From Desulfarculales bacterium (GTDB lineage Bacteria; Desulfobacterota; Desulfarculia; Desulfarculales; Desulfarculaceae), in assembly GCA_031267815.1 (NCBI GenBank), contig JAIRYI010000037.1, positions 8,471 to 72,470 on the forward strand: a DNA stretch of 64,000 nt, read 5' to 3'. Within the stretch, counting starts at the first letter, position 1. Each line of letters begins with the position of its first letter. Of this stretch, positions 36,614 to 45,852 are shown piece after piece. The notes below the pieces were generated by a model, which worked only from the letters and a program-made list of their open reading frames with translations, searched no databases and was not told the DNA's origin. Position numbers and translations under genes: made by a program.

Positions 36614-37012
36614 TACATAGACGTTGCCATAAACCCAAGAGAAAGATAGTACCCTGGCAATTATTAGGATATCACTTGGATATTAACAAGATAAGTAATA
36701 TTGCTCAGGATGGGCGCGCCGATTTTCATCCCTGTTCCCCGGGTAAAAGCGCTCACCCATCCTAAAGGAGTATTCGTTCCGGCGTGGGCAACTAATGGCA
36801 AATTTGACCGGCGGCTTGAAAAAAGTCTATTCTTGGAGCAAACCGAAAGCAATAATGCCGGGTAGCTTTAAAAGAAGCTATCGCATCAGTTTTAAAAAAG
36901 CGCGACCATTATCCTTATAGTTTAAGCCAAATACTCCGTCAGGTCAATGTCAAGCTCAGGTCAGCGTCCAGATAAAATTTTCTATTTTCGCGAATTTTGA
37001 TGAGGCAGGGTA

Positions 37013-38113
37013 ATGGACAAACAATGCTTAACGGTAATGATAGCGGATGACAGCATCGCCAATCTGCGCGCCGCCAAAAATGCCCTTGCCGATGCTTACG
37101 AGGTTTTCACCGTTCCTTCCGCGGCCAAAATGTTTGATCTGCTGACCCGCAATAAACCAAGATTAATTCTTCTGGACATTGAGATGCCGGATATGGACGG
37201 ATATGAGACGATAAAACTTTTAAAAGACAATCCCGATACCCGGGAAATCCCGGTTATTTTTCTGACCGGAAAGAACGATCCGGAAAACGAACTCAAAGGG
37301 CTGACCTTGGGCGCGATTGACTATATTTCCAAACCTTTTATGCCTCAGCTTCTTCTCAGACGAGTGCAATTACATCTTACGGTTGAAGATCAAAAACGCG
37401 TAATGGAAGAACAGTCGCTCTCCTTGCAACGACAAAGCGCCGAATTGCGGGACTTTAACAACAGCCTGCAAAAAATGGTCGAGGAAAAGACCGGCAGAAT
37501 TCTGGAACTGCAAAACGCCATCCTCAATACCGTAGCGGATCTGGTGGAAAGCCGTGACGCCGACACCGGAGGCCACATTGAGCGCACCCAGCGCCATCTT
37601 AAAATTTTGATCGCCGGCCTGGAAAATCTGGCTCTTTACCGGGAGCAGACCAGTACTTGGGATATTGCTCTGATGCTGCAATCTTCCCAGCTCCACGATG
37701 TGGGTAAAATCGCTATTCCCAACCACATTCTCAATAAACCGGGCCGCCTCACGCCCGGGGAATTCGAAGAAATGAAGGGCCATGTCAGCATTGGAGTCAA
37801 AATAATTGAGCGCATAGAAGCGGAAACATCAGACTGCAAATTTTTGCAATATGCCAAAATTCTTACCGGATCCCATCATGAGAAATGGGACGGCTCCGGT
37901 TATCCTCTGGCCCTGGCCGGAGAGGAGATACCTCTGCCAGGCCGGCTCATGGCTATTGCCGATGTGTACGACGCGCTCATTTCTAAACGTCCCTATAAAA
38001 AACCCTTTTCCCATAAGGAGGCGGTAGGCGTCATTTTGCAAGAAAGGGGGCGCCACTTCGATCCGGTTCTGACCGATGTGTTTGAACAGTTTGCGGATCA
38101 ATTTTGTTTTTAA
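37013..38113 (+). CDS. Response regulator with HD-GYP domain (RpfG-type c-di-GMP phosphodiesterase)
   Basis: REC (VMIADD...LLDIEMPDMDG...K) followed by HD...HHEKWDGSGYP...ADVYDAL. Confidence 0.9.
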   Translation: MDKQCLTVMIADDSIANLRAAKNALADAYEVFTVPSAAKMFDLLTRNKPRLILLDIEMPDMDGYETIKLLKDNPDTREIPVIFLTGKNDPENELKGLTLGAIDYISKPFMPQLLLRRVQLHLTVEDQKRVMEEQSLSLQRQSAELRDFNNSLQKMVEEKTGRILELQNAILNTVADLVESRDADTGGHIERTQRHLKILIAGLENLALYREQTSTWDIALMLQSSQLHDVGKIAIPNHILNKPGRLTPGEFEEMKGHVSIGVKIIERIEAETSDCKFLQYAKILTGSHHEKWDGSGYPLALAGEEIPLPGRLMAIADVYDALISKRPYKKPFSHKEAVGVILQERGRHFDPVLTDVFEQFADQFCF

Positions 38114-38176
38114 TAACAAGTTACAATCAATATGAATACCATCTTCAAGCAGCCTGGCATGAGGAGGTGACGTCTG

Positions 38177-41032
38177 ATGAGTGTTTGGCGGCAATGTATC
38201 CCCAATTTCTTGCAATCAGCTTCCATTAAGCGCAATTTTAGAATATTTTCCTACATTGTCTTCATATTTATTCTGATTGGCTTAGGCGTTGCCTTTTTCT
38301 TTATCTCGCGCCAGATCAGTTACAACACAATCCAGGATAAACTGGCTCTGACTTCGGAAACAATACGGCTGCGCCTGGCTACAGCAGTGAACAGCGAACT
38401 TGCGCTGGTGTTTAAAATGGCTGATTCCAAGCTGATACAGCGCTATTTTACTGATCCGGGCAATCAAACGTTGAAGGACGCCGCCGTTGAGGAATTCGCC
38501 GCCTACCGCAGAAATTTCAAAAACAATTCCATATTCTGGATAAACGATATTGACAAATTATTTTACTCCGATGATGGAAAATCATATCTCGTCGATCCTG
38601 CCCGTCCGGAAAATTACTGGTATAATCTAACGCTTTACAAAACCGAAAAATATAATTTCAACATTAACTATAATCCTGAGTTACAGCAGATAAACCTGTG
38701 GGTAAACGCTCCTGTTTTTTTAACGATGGAGGATGGAAGCAAAAAACCCATCGGTATGCTGGGCACCGGCATTAATCTTACAGATTTCATCAGTTCCGTG
38801 TATCATGAACCCGATCCCCTTATTACCTTATATTTATTCAATTCTTTTCATGAAATAACTATCGCCGGAGATCAGAATCTGGTATACAACAAAGTTCTTC
38901 TGACGGATCACCTGGGAAGCGTGGGCGAGGAGATTATCAATATTGCCAATGGGTTAAGCAACACAGAAATTGAAATCTTGGCCCATGACGATACATTATA
39001 CGCGGTATGCTCTTCTCCGCAGCTGCGCTGGTATTTGGTGGGCAGCATCCCGATAAATTTCTCCACCCTTTTCAACTTCACAATATTTGTTATTTTTATC
39101 TCGATCCTTGTGCTGATTGGGTTGATCATCATTATCTTCAATCTTTTTATTGACCGGGTCGGCAACGCCATTGAAGAACAACATCATAATCTCATTGTTC
39201 TAAATGAGAAAGCCCAAATGGCATCCAAGGCCAAAAGCGATTTTCTGGCCCGCATGAGTCATGAGATACGCACTCCCATGAACGCCGTTATCGGCTTAAG
39301 CGAACTTACGCTCAGAAATTACGGTCAGCCGCAAGGTCTGGAATATATCACCAGCATAAAACAGGCGGGGAAAAATCTTCTCTCCATAATTAACGATATT
39401 CTGGATTTTTCCAAGATCGAGTCAGGCCGGATGGAAATAATCTCTGCTGTTTACAACACTTCTTCCCTGCTCAGCGACGTATTAACCATCACCAAAGTCC
39501 GCCTGGGAGAAAAACCGATCCGTCTTGAGACCGATCTGGAGCAGACCATACCAGCCAGCCTTTGGGGCGATGAAGTCAGGATGCGTCAAGTGCTGTTCAA
39601 TCTCCTGTCCAATGCCGCGAAATACACGCAAAAAGGCTTCATCAAGTTTACCGCCAAATGCGAATTCCCGGAAGAGGGGAAAGGGAAACTGATTTTCATG
39701 GTAGCTGACAGCGGGGTAGGCATAAAACCGGAGGATCTTCCCCTCCTGTTTGGAAATTTTGTCCGCGTTGAACATACACTCAACATGAATATCGAAGGCA
39801 CGGGCCTGGGTCTGGTGATCGCGCGCAGTCTGTGCCAGGCCATGGGAGGAGATATTACGGTGGAAAGCCAATACGGGATTGGCTCGGTTTTCACCGCCAC
39901 AGTTATGCAAACTGTGGCGGATCCCAGCCCTATAGGAATTTTGAAGGGCAGTCCGGTAATTGCCCAACAGAAAAGTGAAGTTCCTTTTATCGCTCCTGAT
40001 TTGCGAGCGCTTATTGTCGATGACATAGAGACCAATCTCCAGGTGGCGCAGGGCCTGCTGGCCCCCTATTCGGCTCAGGTGGATATCTGTTTAAGCGGGG
40101 AAGACGCCTTAAGATTAATCGCGAAAAAAGACTATGACCTGATTTTCATGGATCAGATGATGCCGGGTATAGACGGTCTGGAAGCCACCGCGGCCATCCG
40201 CGCCTGGGGCGGGAAATTTACTGAATTGCCCATTATAGCCCTCACCGCTAACGCGATTTTGGGAATTCGGGAAATATTTTTAAAAAACGGCTTCACTGAT
40301 TTCTTATCCAAACCTATAGAAATAGCTAAACTTAACGATATTATGGATCGCTGGACGCCGAAAGAGAAACGCAAACCCGCGCAAAAATTTGCGCGAGAAC
40401 AGACCAAGGGACAAGCGCCGACGCCGCCTTTTCTCCGGATTAACGGGATTGATACGGCCCGAGGTCTCATAATGGCTGGAGACAAGGAGGAAAATTACAA
40501 AAAATTGCTGGCTGTATACTGCCGCGACCTGGAGATGCGTCTGCCTTTCTTTCATAAGGACTCCGCGAAGAAAGATTTGAGAAATTTTACTATCCAGGCA
40601 CATGCTCTGAAAAGCAGCTCCGCCAATATAGGCGCCATGGATTTGGCGACGCGGGCGGAATTTTTAGAAAACGCCGCCCGCCGCGGCGATATCGAAGCCA
40701 TGGAGGAGAGACTGGAAGAATTTCGCTGGGCCATGAGCCGGCTTAACGGGCAAATTCGCCGTTTCCTTGATGAAGAGGCAAAGAGAGCCGGAGAAATGCG
40801 CCCGGATCAGGAAAATGATGACGTCAAGTTACGCCTGACCTTGCTCGGAGATGCTTTGCGAACTGAAAATGTGAAAAAAGCGGATGATCTGCTGCGTGAG
40901 CTGGCTATGACGCCCTTAAACGCCGCCACCGCGGCCATAGTGGAGATAGTGGCGGATATGGTTTTAGTTTCCGATTTTGCCAAGGCGGCGGCCAAACTGG
41001 AAGCATTTAATAAAAGTCTCTGCGTATTATAA
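38177..41032 (+). CDS. Hybrid sensor histidine kinase (Cache-like sensor, HisKA, HATPase_c, REC, Hpt)
   Basis: TM helix, ~270-aa extracytoplasmic domain, second TM helix. H-box [32 protein letters not shown], receiver LIVDD..FMDQMMPGIDG, Hpt HALKSSSANIGA. Confidence 0.9.
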   Translation: MSVWRQCIPNFLQSASIKRNFRIFSYIVFIFILIGLGVAFFFISRQISYNTIQDKLALTSETIRLRLATAVNSELALVFKMADSKLIQRYFTDPGNQTLKDAAVEEFAAYRRNFKNNSIFWINDIDKLFYSDDGKSYLVDPARPENYWYNLTLYKTEKYNFNINYNPELQQINLWVNAPVFLTMEDGSKKPIGMLGTGINLTDFISSVYHEPDPLITLYLFNSFHEITIAGDQNLVYNKVLLTDHLGSVGEEIINIANGLSNTEIEILAHDDTLYAVCSSPQLRWYLVGSIPINFSTLFNFTIFVIFISILVLIGLIIIIFNLFIDRVGNAIEEQHHNLIVLNEKAQMASKAKSDFLARMSHEIRTPMNAVIGLSELTLRNYGQPQGLEYITSIKQAGKNLLSIINDILDFSKIESGRMEIISAVYNTSSLLSDVLTITKVRLGEKPIRLETDLEQTIPASLWGDEVRMRQVLFNLLSNAAKYTQKGFIKFTAKCEFPEEGKGKLIFMVADSGVGIKPEDLPLLFGNFVRVEHTLNMNIEGTGLGLVIARSLCQAMGGDITVESQYGIGSVFTATVMQTVADPSPIGILKGSPVIAQQKSEVPFIAPDLRALIVDDIETNLQVAQGLLAPYSAQVDICLSGEDALRLIAKKDYDLIFMDQMMPGIDGLEATAAIRAWGGKFTELPIIALTANAILGIREIFLKNGFTDFLSKPIEIAKLNDIMDRWTPKEKRKPAQKFAREQTKGQAPTPPFLRINGIDTARGLIMAGDKEENYKKLLAVYCRDLEMRLPFFHKDSAKKDLRNFTIQAHALKSSSANIGAMDLATRAEFLENAARRGDIEAMEERLEEFRWAMSRLNGQIRRFLDEEAKRAGEMRPDQENDDVKLRLTLLGDALRTENVKKADDLLRELAMTPLNAATAAIVEIVADMVLVSDFAKAAAKLEAFNKSLCVL

Positions 41033-41053
41033 TTACGCGGGAGATGAAAGCCA

Positions 41054-41090
41054 AGCCAGACCGGGTAATCTTGAGACTGCCCGTCTGGCT
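41054..41090 (+). terminator. Hairpin after the hybrid kinase
   Basis: AGCCAGAC(C)GGG...CCCGTCTGGCT, an 11-bp stem with one bulge. No T-tract follows. Confidence 0.4.
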
Positions 41091-41246
41091 ATAGAGGTGT
41101 CAAAATGAACTAAACTGTGCTACACTATAACAGATTGTGAAAATAATTCTGATGAATTTTCTTCAACTGTTTAAGTATCGCGCAAATGAAAACTTTTGAC
41201 ATGCCGCGGAGATGATTTTTATCCCGGCGGGAATTGTAAATTCACT

Positions 41247-41717
41247 ATGTCTTTCATCGGCACCCAAGAACTGTTAATGATCCTGCTGGTGGCCGTACTG
41301 GTGGTGGGGCCTAAACGCCTGCCCGATCTGGCCAGAAATTTAGGCAAAGGAATCCGCAATTTTAAAAAAGCCACAGCAAAAATGCGCGCGGATCTCACTC
41401 AAAACGGAACCATGGATGAACTCCATGAATTGAAAGAGCAAGTCCGGGGATTACACAGAGAGATAAAACCTCTGCGCGGCCAAATCACTGACCGTTGGCG
41501 GAATTTTATGATGACCGATGACTCTGCCCCCGTGGATGATATGACTCCCACGCCCTCAGTCGCCCAGGTAAAGGCGCCTTTTGCCGCAGAATCAGCCGCT
41601 GAACCGGAACAGACCTCTGAAGCGATCTCTGCCGGTTCCGACATACCCACATCCTCTGCTCCTCTTGGTTTTGACCTTCCCCCGGACAATTCAGAAAAAA
41701 CTGACCGAGAGCAATAA
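41247..41717 (+). CDS. tatB: Twin-arginine translocase TatA/TatB-family subunit (TatB-length)
   Basis: ATG 41247. [42 protein letters not shown], followed by an amphipathic helix and an acidic/Pro-rich tail (156 aa). Confidence 0.8.
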   Translation: MSFIGTQELLMILLVAVLVVGPKRLPDLARNLGKGIRNFKKATAKMRADLTQNGTMDELHELKEQVRGLHREIKPLRGQITDRWRNFMMTDDSAPVDDMTPTPSVAQVKAPFAAESAAEPEQTSEAISAGSDIPTSSAPLGFDLPPDNSEKTDREQ

Positions 41718-41725
41718 ATATCCTT

Positions 41726-42535
41726 ATGTCCGATCCAGTGTCCCCGCAACCGCTGCCTTCACCCTCCCCGCAAGCCGCTCTGCCTCCAGGCGATGAGAAT
41801 GATGCATCCATGTCTTTTTGGGAACATTTGGGAGAATTGCGCCGCCGCATCACCTGGACGGCGGTCGTATTTATATTGCTCATTATGGTGAGCTGGTTTT
41901 TTCGGGAATACCTGTTCGCGGTGCTGAAACAGCCGATCCAGCCGTATTTGCCCTCAGGGTCCCAACTAATCTATACCGCTCCCGCGGAAATGTTTTTTAC
42001 TTATTTTAAAATATGCGTTCTGGCCGCTCTGTTCCTGGGCGCGCCTTTTTATTTCTATCAACTCTGGGCATTTGTGGCCCCTGGCCTCTATCCCGGGGAA
42101 AAACGTCTGATCTGGCCGTTTCTGGGCTGTTCCGCCGGACTATTCATGCTGGGCGCTCTATTCTGTTATTTTGTGGTGCTGCCTTTAACTCTGGATTTTT
42201 TTATGAGCATGGCAACCGAAGGGGTAATTCCTCTGATAAAAGTGAGCGACCATTTTTCTTTTGCAGTTGGGTTTATTGTTATTTTCGGCCTGCTGTTTGA
42301 AACTCCTCTGGTGCTGGTTTTTCTGGGCAAACTTCATATCATTACCGCCGCCGGTCTGCGCAAATACCGGCGCTATGCTATTTTGGGCGCTTTTGTGGTA
42401 GCGGCCCTGGCCACGCCCAGCCCTGACGCCATTAATCAGATATTGCTGGCCCTCCCCCTGCTTGTACTCTATGAATTTTCTATTGTCTTGATCAGACGCA
42501 TGGAAAAACGCCGGGAAAAATCAGAACCGGCATAG
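41726..42535 (+). CDS. tatC: Twin-arginine translocase subunit TatC
   Basis: MSFWEHLGELRRR, six TM helices, FETPLVLVFL. Confidence 0.92.
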   Translation: MSDPVSPQPLPSPSPQAALPPGDENDASMSFWEHLGELRRRITWTAVVFILLIMVSWFFREYLFAVLKQPIQPYLPSGSQLIYTAPAEMFFTYFKICVLAALFLGAPFYFYQLWAFVAPGLYPGEKRLIWPFLGCSAGLFMLGALFCYFVVLPLTLDFFMSMATEGVIPLIKVSDHFSFAVGFIVIFGLLFETPLVLVFLGKLHIITAAGLRKYRRYAILGAFVVAALATPSPDAINQILLALPLLVLYEFSIVLIRRMEKRREKSEPA

Positions 42536-42575
42536 ATTATATGAACTTCTGCAGTAACCTATAAAGGAGATTTTA

Positions 42576-43760
42576 ATGAGCAGAGAAATTGTTATTGTGG
42601 CAGCCGCGCGAACCCCGGTGGGCAGATTCGGCGGTATGTTTCAGGATATGAGCGCGGTGGATCTGGGAGCAGCGGCGGTTACGGAAACCGTCAGACGGGC
42701 CGGACTGCGGGCTGACGGTATTGAGGAAATGTTTTTCGGCAATGTGCTGGGGGCCGGTCTGGGACAGAATGTGGCCCGCCAGGTCCTCATTAAATCAGCC
42801 ATCCCCCAGGAACGCGGCGCTCTGACCGTAAATAAAGTGTGCGGCTCCGGGTTGCGCGCGGTGGCCCTGGCCGCCCAATGCATCAAGGCCGGCGACGCTG
42901 ATATCATCATGGCCGGAGGTACGGAAAGCATGAGCATGGCGCCTTATGTGCTGCGCTCGGCCCGCTGGGGGCAACGCATGGGTGACGGCAATATTGTGGA
43001 CAGTATGGTCTGGGACGGGCTTACGGACGCTTTTCACGGTTACCATATGGGAATTACCGCTGAAAACGTGGCCCGGCAGTTTGGAGTCAGCCGCCGGGAT
43101 CAGGATCTGTTTGCATTAAGCAGCCAGAATAAAGCGGAAAAAGCAATCAAATCCGGACGTTTCAAAGACGAAATCATTCCCGTGGCCGTACCCCGGCGCA
43201 AGGGCGAAGCCGAAATTTTTGATACTGACGAATACCCCCGCTTTGGCTCTACCCTGGAGGCCCTGAGCGCCATGAAACCGGCTTTCCAAAAAGACGGCAC
43301 TGTCACGGCCGGCAATGCCAGCGGCATCAATGACGGCGCGGCGGCTGTTCTGGTAGCCAGCGCGGAAAAGGCCAAAGCAATGAAGCTGCCCGTGCTTGCC
43401 CGCATACGTTCCTATGCCTCCTCCGGAGTTGACCCCGCGATCATGGGAATAGCCCCGGTGGAAGCCTGCCGTAAAGCCATGAAAAGCGCGGGCGTAAGCA
43501 TTAAAGACATAGATCTGGTGGAAGCCAATGAAGCCTTTGCCGCCGTGAGCGTGGCGGTGGCCCGAGGTCTTGATATACCTGATGAAAAAATAAATCCCAA
43601 CGGCGGAGCCATTGCCCTCGGCCACCCCATCGGCGCCTCTGGAGGGAGAATTCTGATTACCCTGCTTTTTGAAATGATAAAACGCGGATCCAGCCTGGGT
43701 ATGGCCACTCTGTGCATTGGCGGCGGGCAGGGAGTATCCATGATTTTGGAACGGGTATAA
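42576..43760 (+). CDS. Acetyl-CoA C-acetyltransferase (thiolase II)
   Basis: AAGGAG RBS. VNKVCGSGLRAV (active Cys), NASGINDGAAA, GHPIGASG, LCIGGGQG. Confidence 0.93.
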   Translation: MSREIVIVAAARTPVGRFGGMFQDMSAVDLGAAAVTETVRRAGLRADGIEEMFFGNVLGAGLGQNVARQVLIKSAIPQERGALTVNKVCGSGLRAVALAAQCIKAGDADIIMAGGTESMSMAPYVLRSARWGQRMGDGNIVDSMVWDGLTDAFHGYHMGITAENVARQFGVSRRDQDLFALSSQNKAEKAIKSGRFKDEIIPVAVPRRKGEAEIFDTDEYPRFGSTLEALSAMKPAFQKDGTVTAGNASGINDGAAAVLVASAEKAKAMKLPVLARIRSYASSGVDPAIMGIAPVEACRKAMKSAGVSIKDIDLVEANEAFAAVSVAVARGLDIPDEKINPNGGAIALGHPIGASGGRILITLLFEMIKRGSSLGMATLCIGGGQGVSMILERV

Positions 43761-43769
43761 ATATACCCC

Positions 43770-43800
43770 TTGCTTCGCGCCTGTGAGGGGCGCGAAGCAA
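43770..43800 (+). terminator. Hairpin after thiolase
   Basis: Perfect 12-bp stem TTGCTTCGCGCC / GGCGCGAAGCAA with a 7-nt loop, 10 nt after the stop. No T-tract. Confidence 0.5.
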
Positions 43801-43815
43801 TCCGGAAACAATTTT

Positions 43816-43868
43816 GGGGCGATGTGATCCTCATAAATCACCTTCCAGGGGATTTATGAAATGAACTC
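43816..43868 (-). repeat. Family B element (inverted relative to the 18282 copy)
   Basis: GGGGCGATGTG..TCATAAATCACCTTCCAGGGGATTTATGA-AATGAACTC. The reverse complement aligns with 18282..18329. Confidence 0.75.
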
Positions 43869-43894
43869 ATATTATAAAAAGATGATCAAAATAT

Positions 43895-45370
43895 ATGCTG
43901 ACCCTTGATTCTCCCCTCAATACAGTCCCGGCCCATGTCCGCCATGTTTATTTTATGGGAATTGGCGGGGTCGCCATGGGAGCTTTGGCCGGAGCCTTGC
44001 AAGCGCGGGGATATACGGTGCGCGGCTCGGACAATCCCCTTTACCCGCCCATGTCCGACTTCCTGGCAGGGAGAGGGATTGTTTACGCGTCCGGTTATCA
44101 GGCGGAAAACTTAAGCGGCGGAGTCAGGCCGGATTTGGTAATTATAGGCAATGTCATCCGCCGGGACAATCCGGAAGCGCTGGCCTGTGAACGGATGAAA
44201 CTTCACTATATCTCCCTGCCCCAGGCCTTACGGCATTTTTTTATTGCCTCTAACCTGTCAATAGTAGTTGCCGGCACCCACGGCAAAACCACCACCACCG
44301 CCTTATTGGCCTGGATATTGCGACAGGCCGGTAAAAAACCCGGCTATATGGTCGGAGGTCTGGTGGGGGGCGGTCTGGATAACTTCGCTCCCTCTGAACG
44401 GGAAGCGGGCGTATTTGTAACCGAAGGAGACGAATACGATACCGCCTTTTTTGATAAAAGGCCCAAATTTATCCATTATAATCCTCAAATAGGCATTCTG
44501 ACCAGCTGCGAATTTGACCATGGCGATATCTATGCGGATATGCGGGCCGTGAGTATGGCTTTTAACAGCTTTGCCCGCCTGACCAGCCGGACCCTGATCG
44601 CCTGGGGAGACAGCGATGAAGTAATGGCCTGTGCCGCCAACACCCCGGCCAGACTGGAAACTTATGGCTGGGCGGAGAGCAACCGCTGGCGTCTGCGCCA
44701 AATCAAACCCGCTCCCGCGGGCGGCATGGATGTTTACTGGTCGGATCCTGAAGGCAGCCACTATTGCCTCCATACTCCTCTGCTGGGTGAACATAACGCC
44801 CTGAACCTGCTGGCGGCCATATCCGCTCTTAAAGCCGCCGGCCTGGATACGGAAACCCTGATAACGGCTCAGGAGTCTTTTCCGGGAGTGGCCAGACGTT
44901 TACAGGAACGAGGCGCAATCAACGGCGTTATGGTGGTGGATGACTTTGCCCACCACCCCACCGCGGTAAAAAAAACCATTGCCGCCCTGGATACTTTCGG
45001 CATGCCCGGCTGGCGCCGCCAATCAGGCCGCCTGCTGGCCGTATTCGAACCGCGCAGCAACACCAGCCGCAGCCGCATATTTCAGCATGATTATGCCGCG
45101 AGTTTTGATCAGGCCGACCTGGTATTCCTGCGCGCTCCAGGCCGCGCGGAAGATACCGACCCCAACAACCGTCTATCTGTTGATCAGCTTGCCGCTGATA
45201 TCAATGCCAGATCAGACACGGTAAAAGCACAGGCGTTTCATGATTCTGACCGTCTCCTGGCCGCCCTTCTGGAACAAATCAGGCCCGGCGATTTGTGCCT
45301 TGTCATGTCCAACGGCCCTTTTGACGGCTTGCATGAAAAATTACTGCAAAAATTAAAACAGGCCCTGTAA
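43895..45370 (+). CDS. mpl: UDP-N-acetylmuramate:L-Ala-gamma-D-Glu-meso-DAP ligase
   Basis: YFMGIGGVAMGALAG, GSDNPLYPPMS, VAGTHGKTTTT, EGDEYDTAFFDK, DDFAHHPTA. Confidence 0.9.
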   Translation: MLTLDSPLNTVPAHVRHVYFMGIGGVAMGALAGALQARGYTVRGSDNPLYPPMSDFLAGRGIVYASGYQAENLSGGVRPDLVIIGNVIRRDNPEALACERMKLHYISLPQALRHFFIASNLSIVVAGTHGKTTTTALLAWILRQAGKKPGYMVGGLVGGGLDNFAPSEREAGVFVTEGDEYDTAFFDKRPKFIHYNPQIGILTSCEFDHGDIYADMRAVSMAFNSFARLTSRTLIAWGDSDEVMACAANTPARLETYGWAESNRWRLRQIKPAPAGGMDVYWSDPEGSHYCLHTPLLGEHNALNLLAAISALKAAGLDTETLITAQESFPGVARRLQERGAINGVMVVDDFAHHPTAVKKTIAALDTFGMPGWRRQSGRLLAVFEPRSNTSRSRIFQHDYAASFDQADLVFLRAPGRAEDTDPNNRLSVDQLAADINARSDTVKAQAFHDSDRLLAALLEQIRPGDLCLVMSNGPFDGLHEKLLQKLKQAL

Positions 45371-45498
45371 AAATTGATATTATCCGGCAACCCAAAACAG
45401 CCTGCTTGACGGGATTTAACGGATAAGATAGATTTTTACAGATTCGCGTTTATATGAACACAAAACCGGCGCTATATGCGTCCGCAAGGGGTCCTTGC

Positions 45499-45792
45499 AT
45501 GGAATATAAAACTGTGGTAGATGACAAGCTGGCTTTGAACAGATTTGCGGTGGATGAACACCATCGCCATATCACAGCCCATGCTGAACATATGGATCAA
45601 AATATGCTCAATGCCCTTTTGGCGGTTTGTCCCGCCGGGCTTTACAGTTTAAATCCCCAAGGCCAACTCATCCTGGAATACGCCGGGTGTCTGGAATGCG
45701 GTTCCTGCAGGATAATCTGCGCCTCTCGGCCGGGAGCCCTCACCTGGGGCTATCCCAGAGCCACAAAAGGCGTTTTCTACCGTTACGGATAA
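45499..45792 (+). CDS. FixX-type ferredoxin-like protein
   Basis: 97 aa from ATG 45499. DDKLALNRFAVDE..HI, CPAGLY, GCLECGSCRIIC, WGYPRATKGVFYRYG match the FixX/ETF-QO ferredoxin pattern. Confidence 0.75.
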   Translation: MEYKTVVDDKLALNRFAVDEHHRHITAHAEHMDQNMLNALLAVCPAGLYSLNPQGQLILEYAGCLECGSCRIICASRPGALTWGYPRATKGVFYRYG

Positions 45793-45852
45793 AGATACCC
45801 GGCGTTTGATCGTAAAAATAACAAAACACATTACTGAAACAGAGGAATTCTT

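Noticed and set aside
36700-36790. Possible riboswitch (hairpin AGGATGGG..CCCATCCT followed by AAAGGAG) upstream of the c-di-GMP phosphodiesterase
   Set aside because: I cannot match it to any riboswitch consensus I know (c-di-GMP-I/II, preQ1, SAM, fluoride), and no start codon sits at SD distance. It is kept only as part of the leader finding.
36664-36852. 62-aa minus ORF, and a ~50-aa + strand ORF starting at about 36709 (MGAPIFIPVPRVKALTHPKG...)
   Set aside because: Neither has a convincing SD or any recognisable motif. The region is better treated as a non-coding leader until expression data say otherwise.
43116-43841. 241-aa minus-strand ORF
   Set aside because: It is antisense to the well-supported thiolase gene and has junk-like composition. 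The same reasoning applies to 23286..23942 (antisense to the purH-like gene), 10239..10946 (antisense to topA) and 4802..5299 (antisense to EF-G2).
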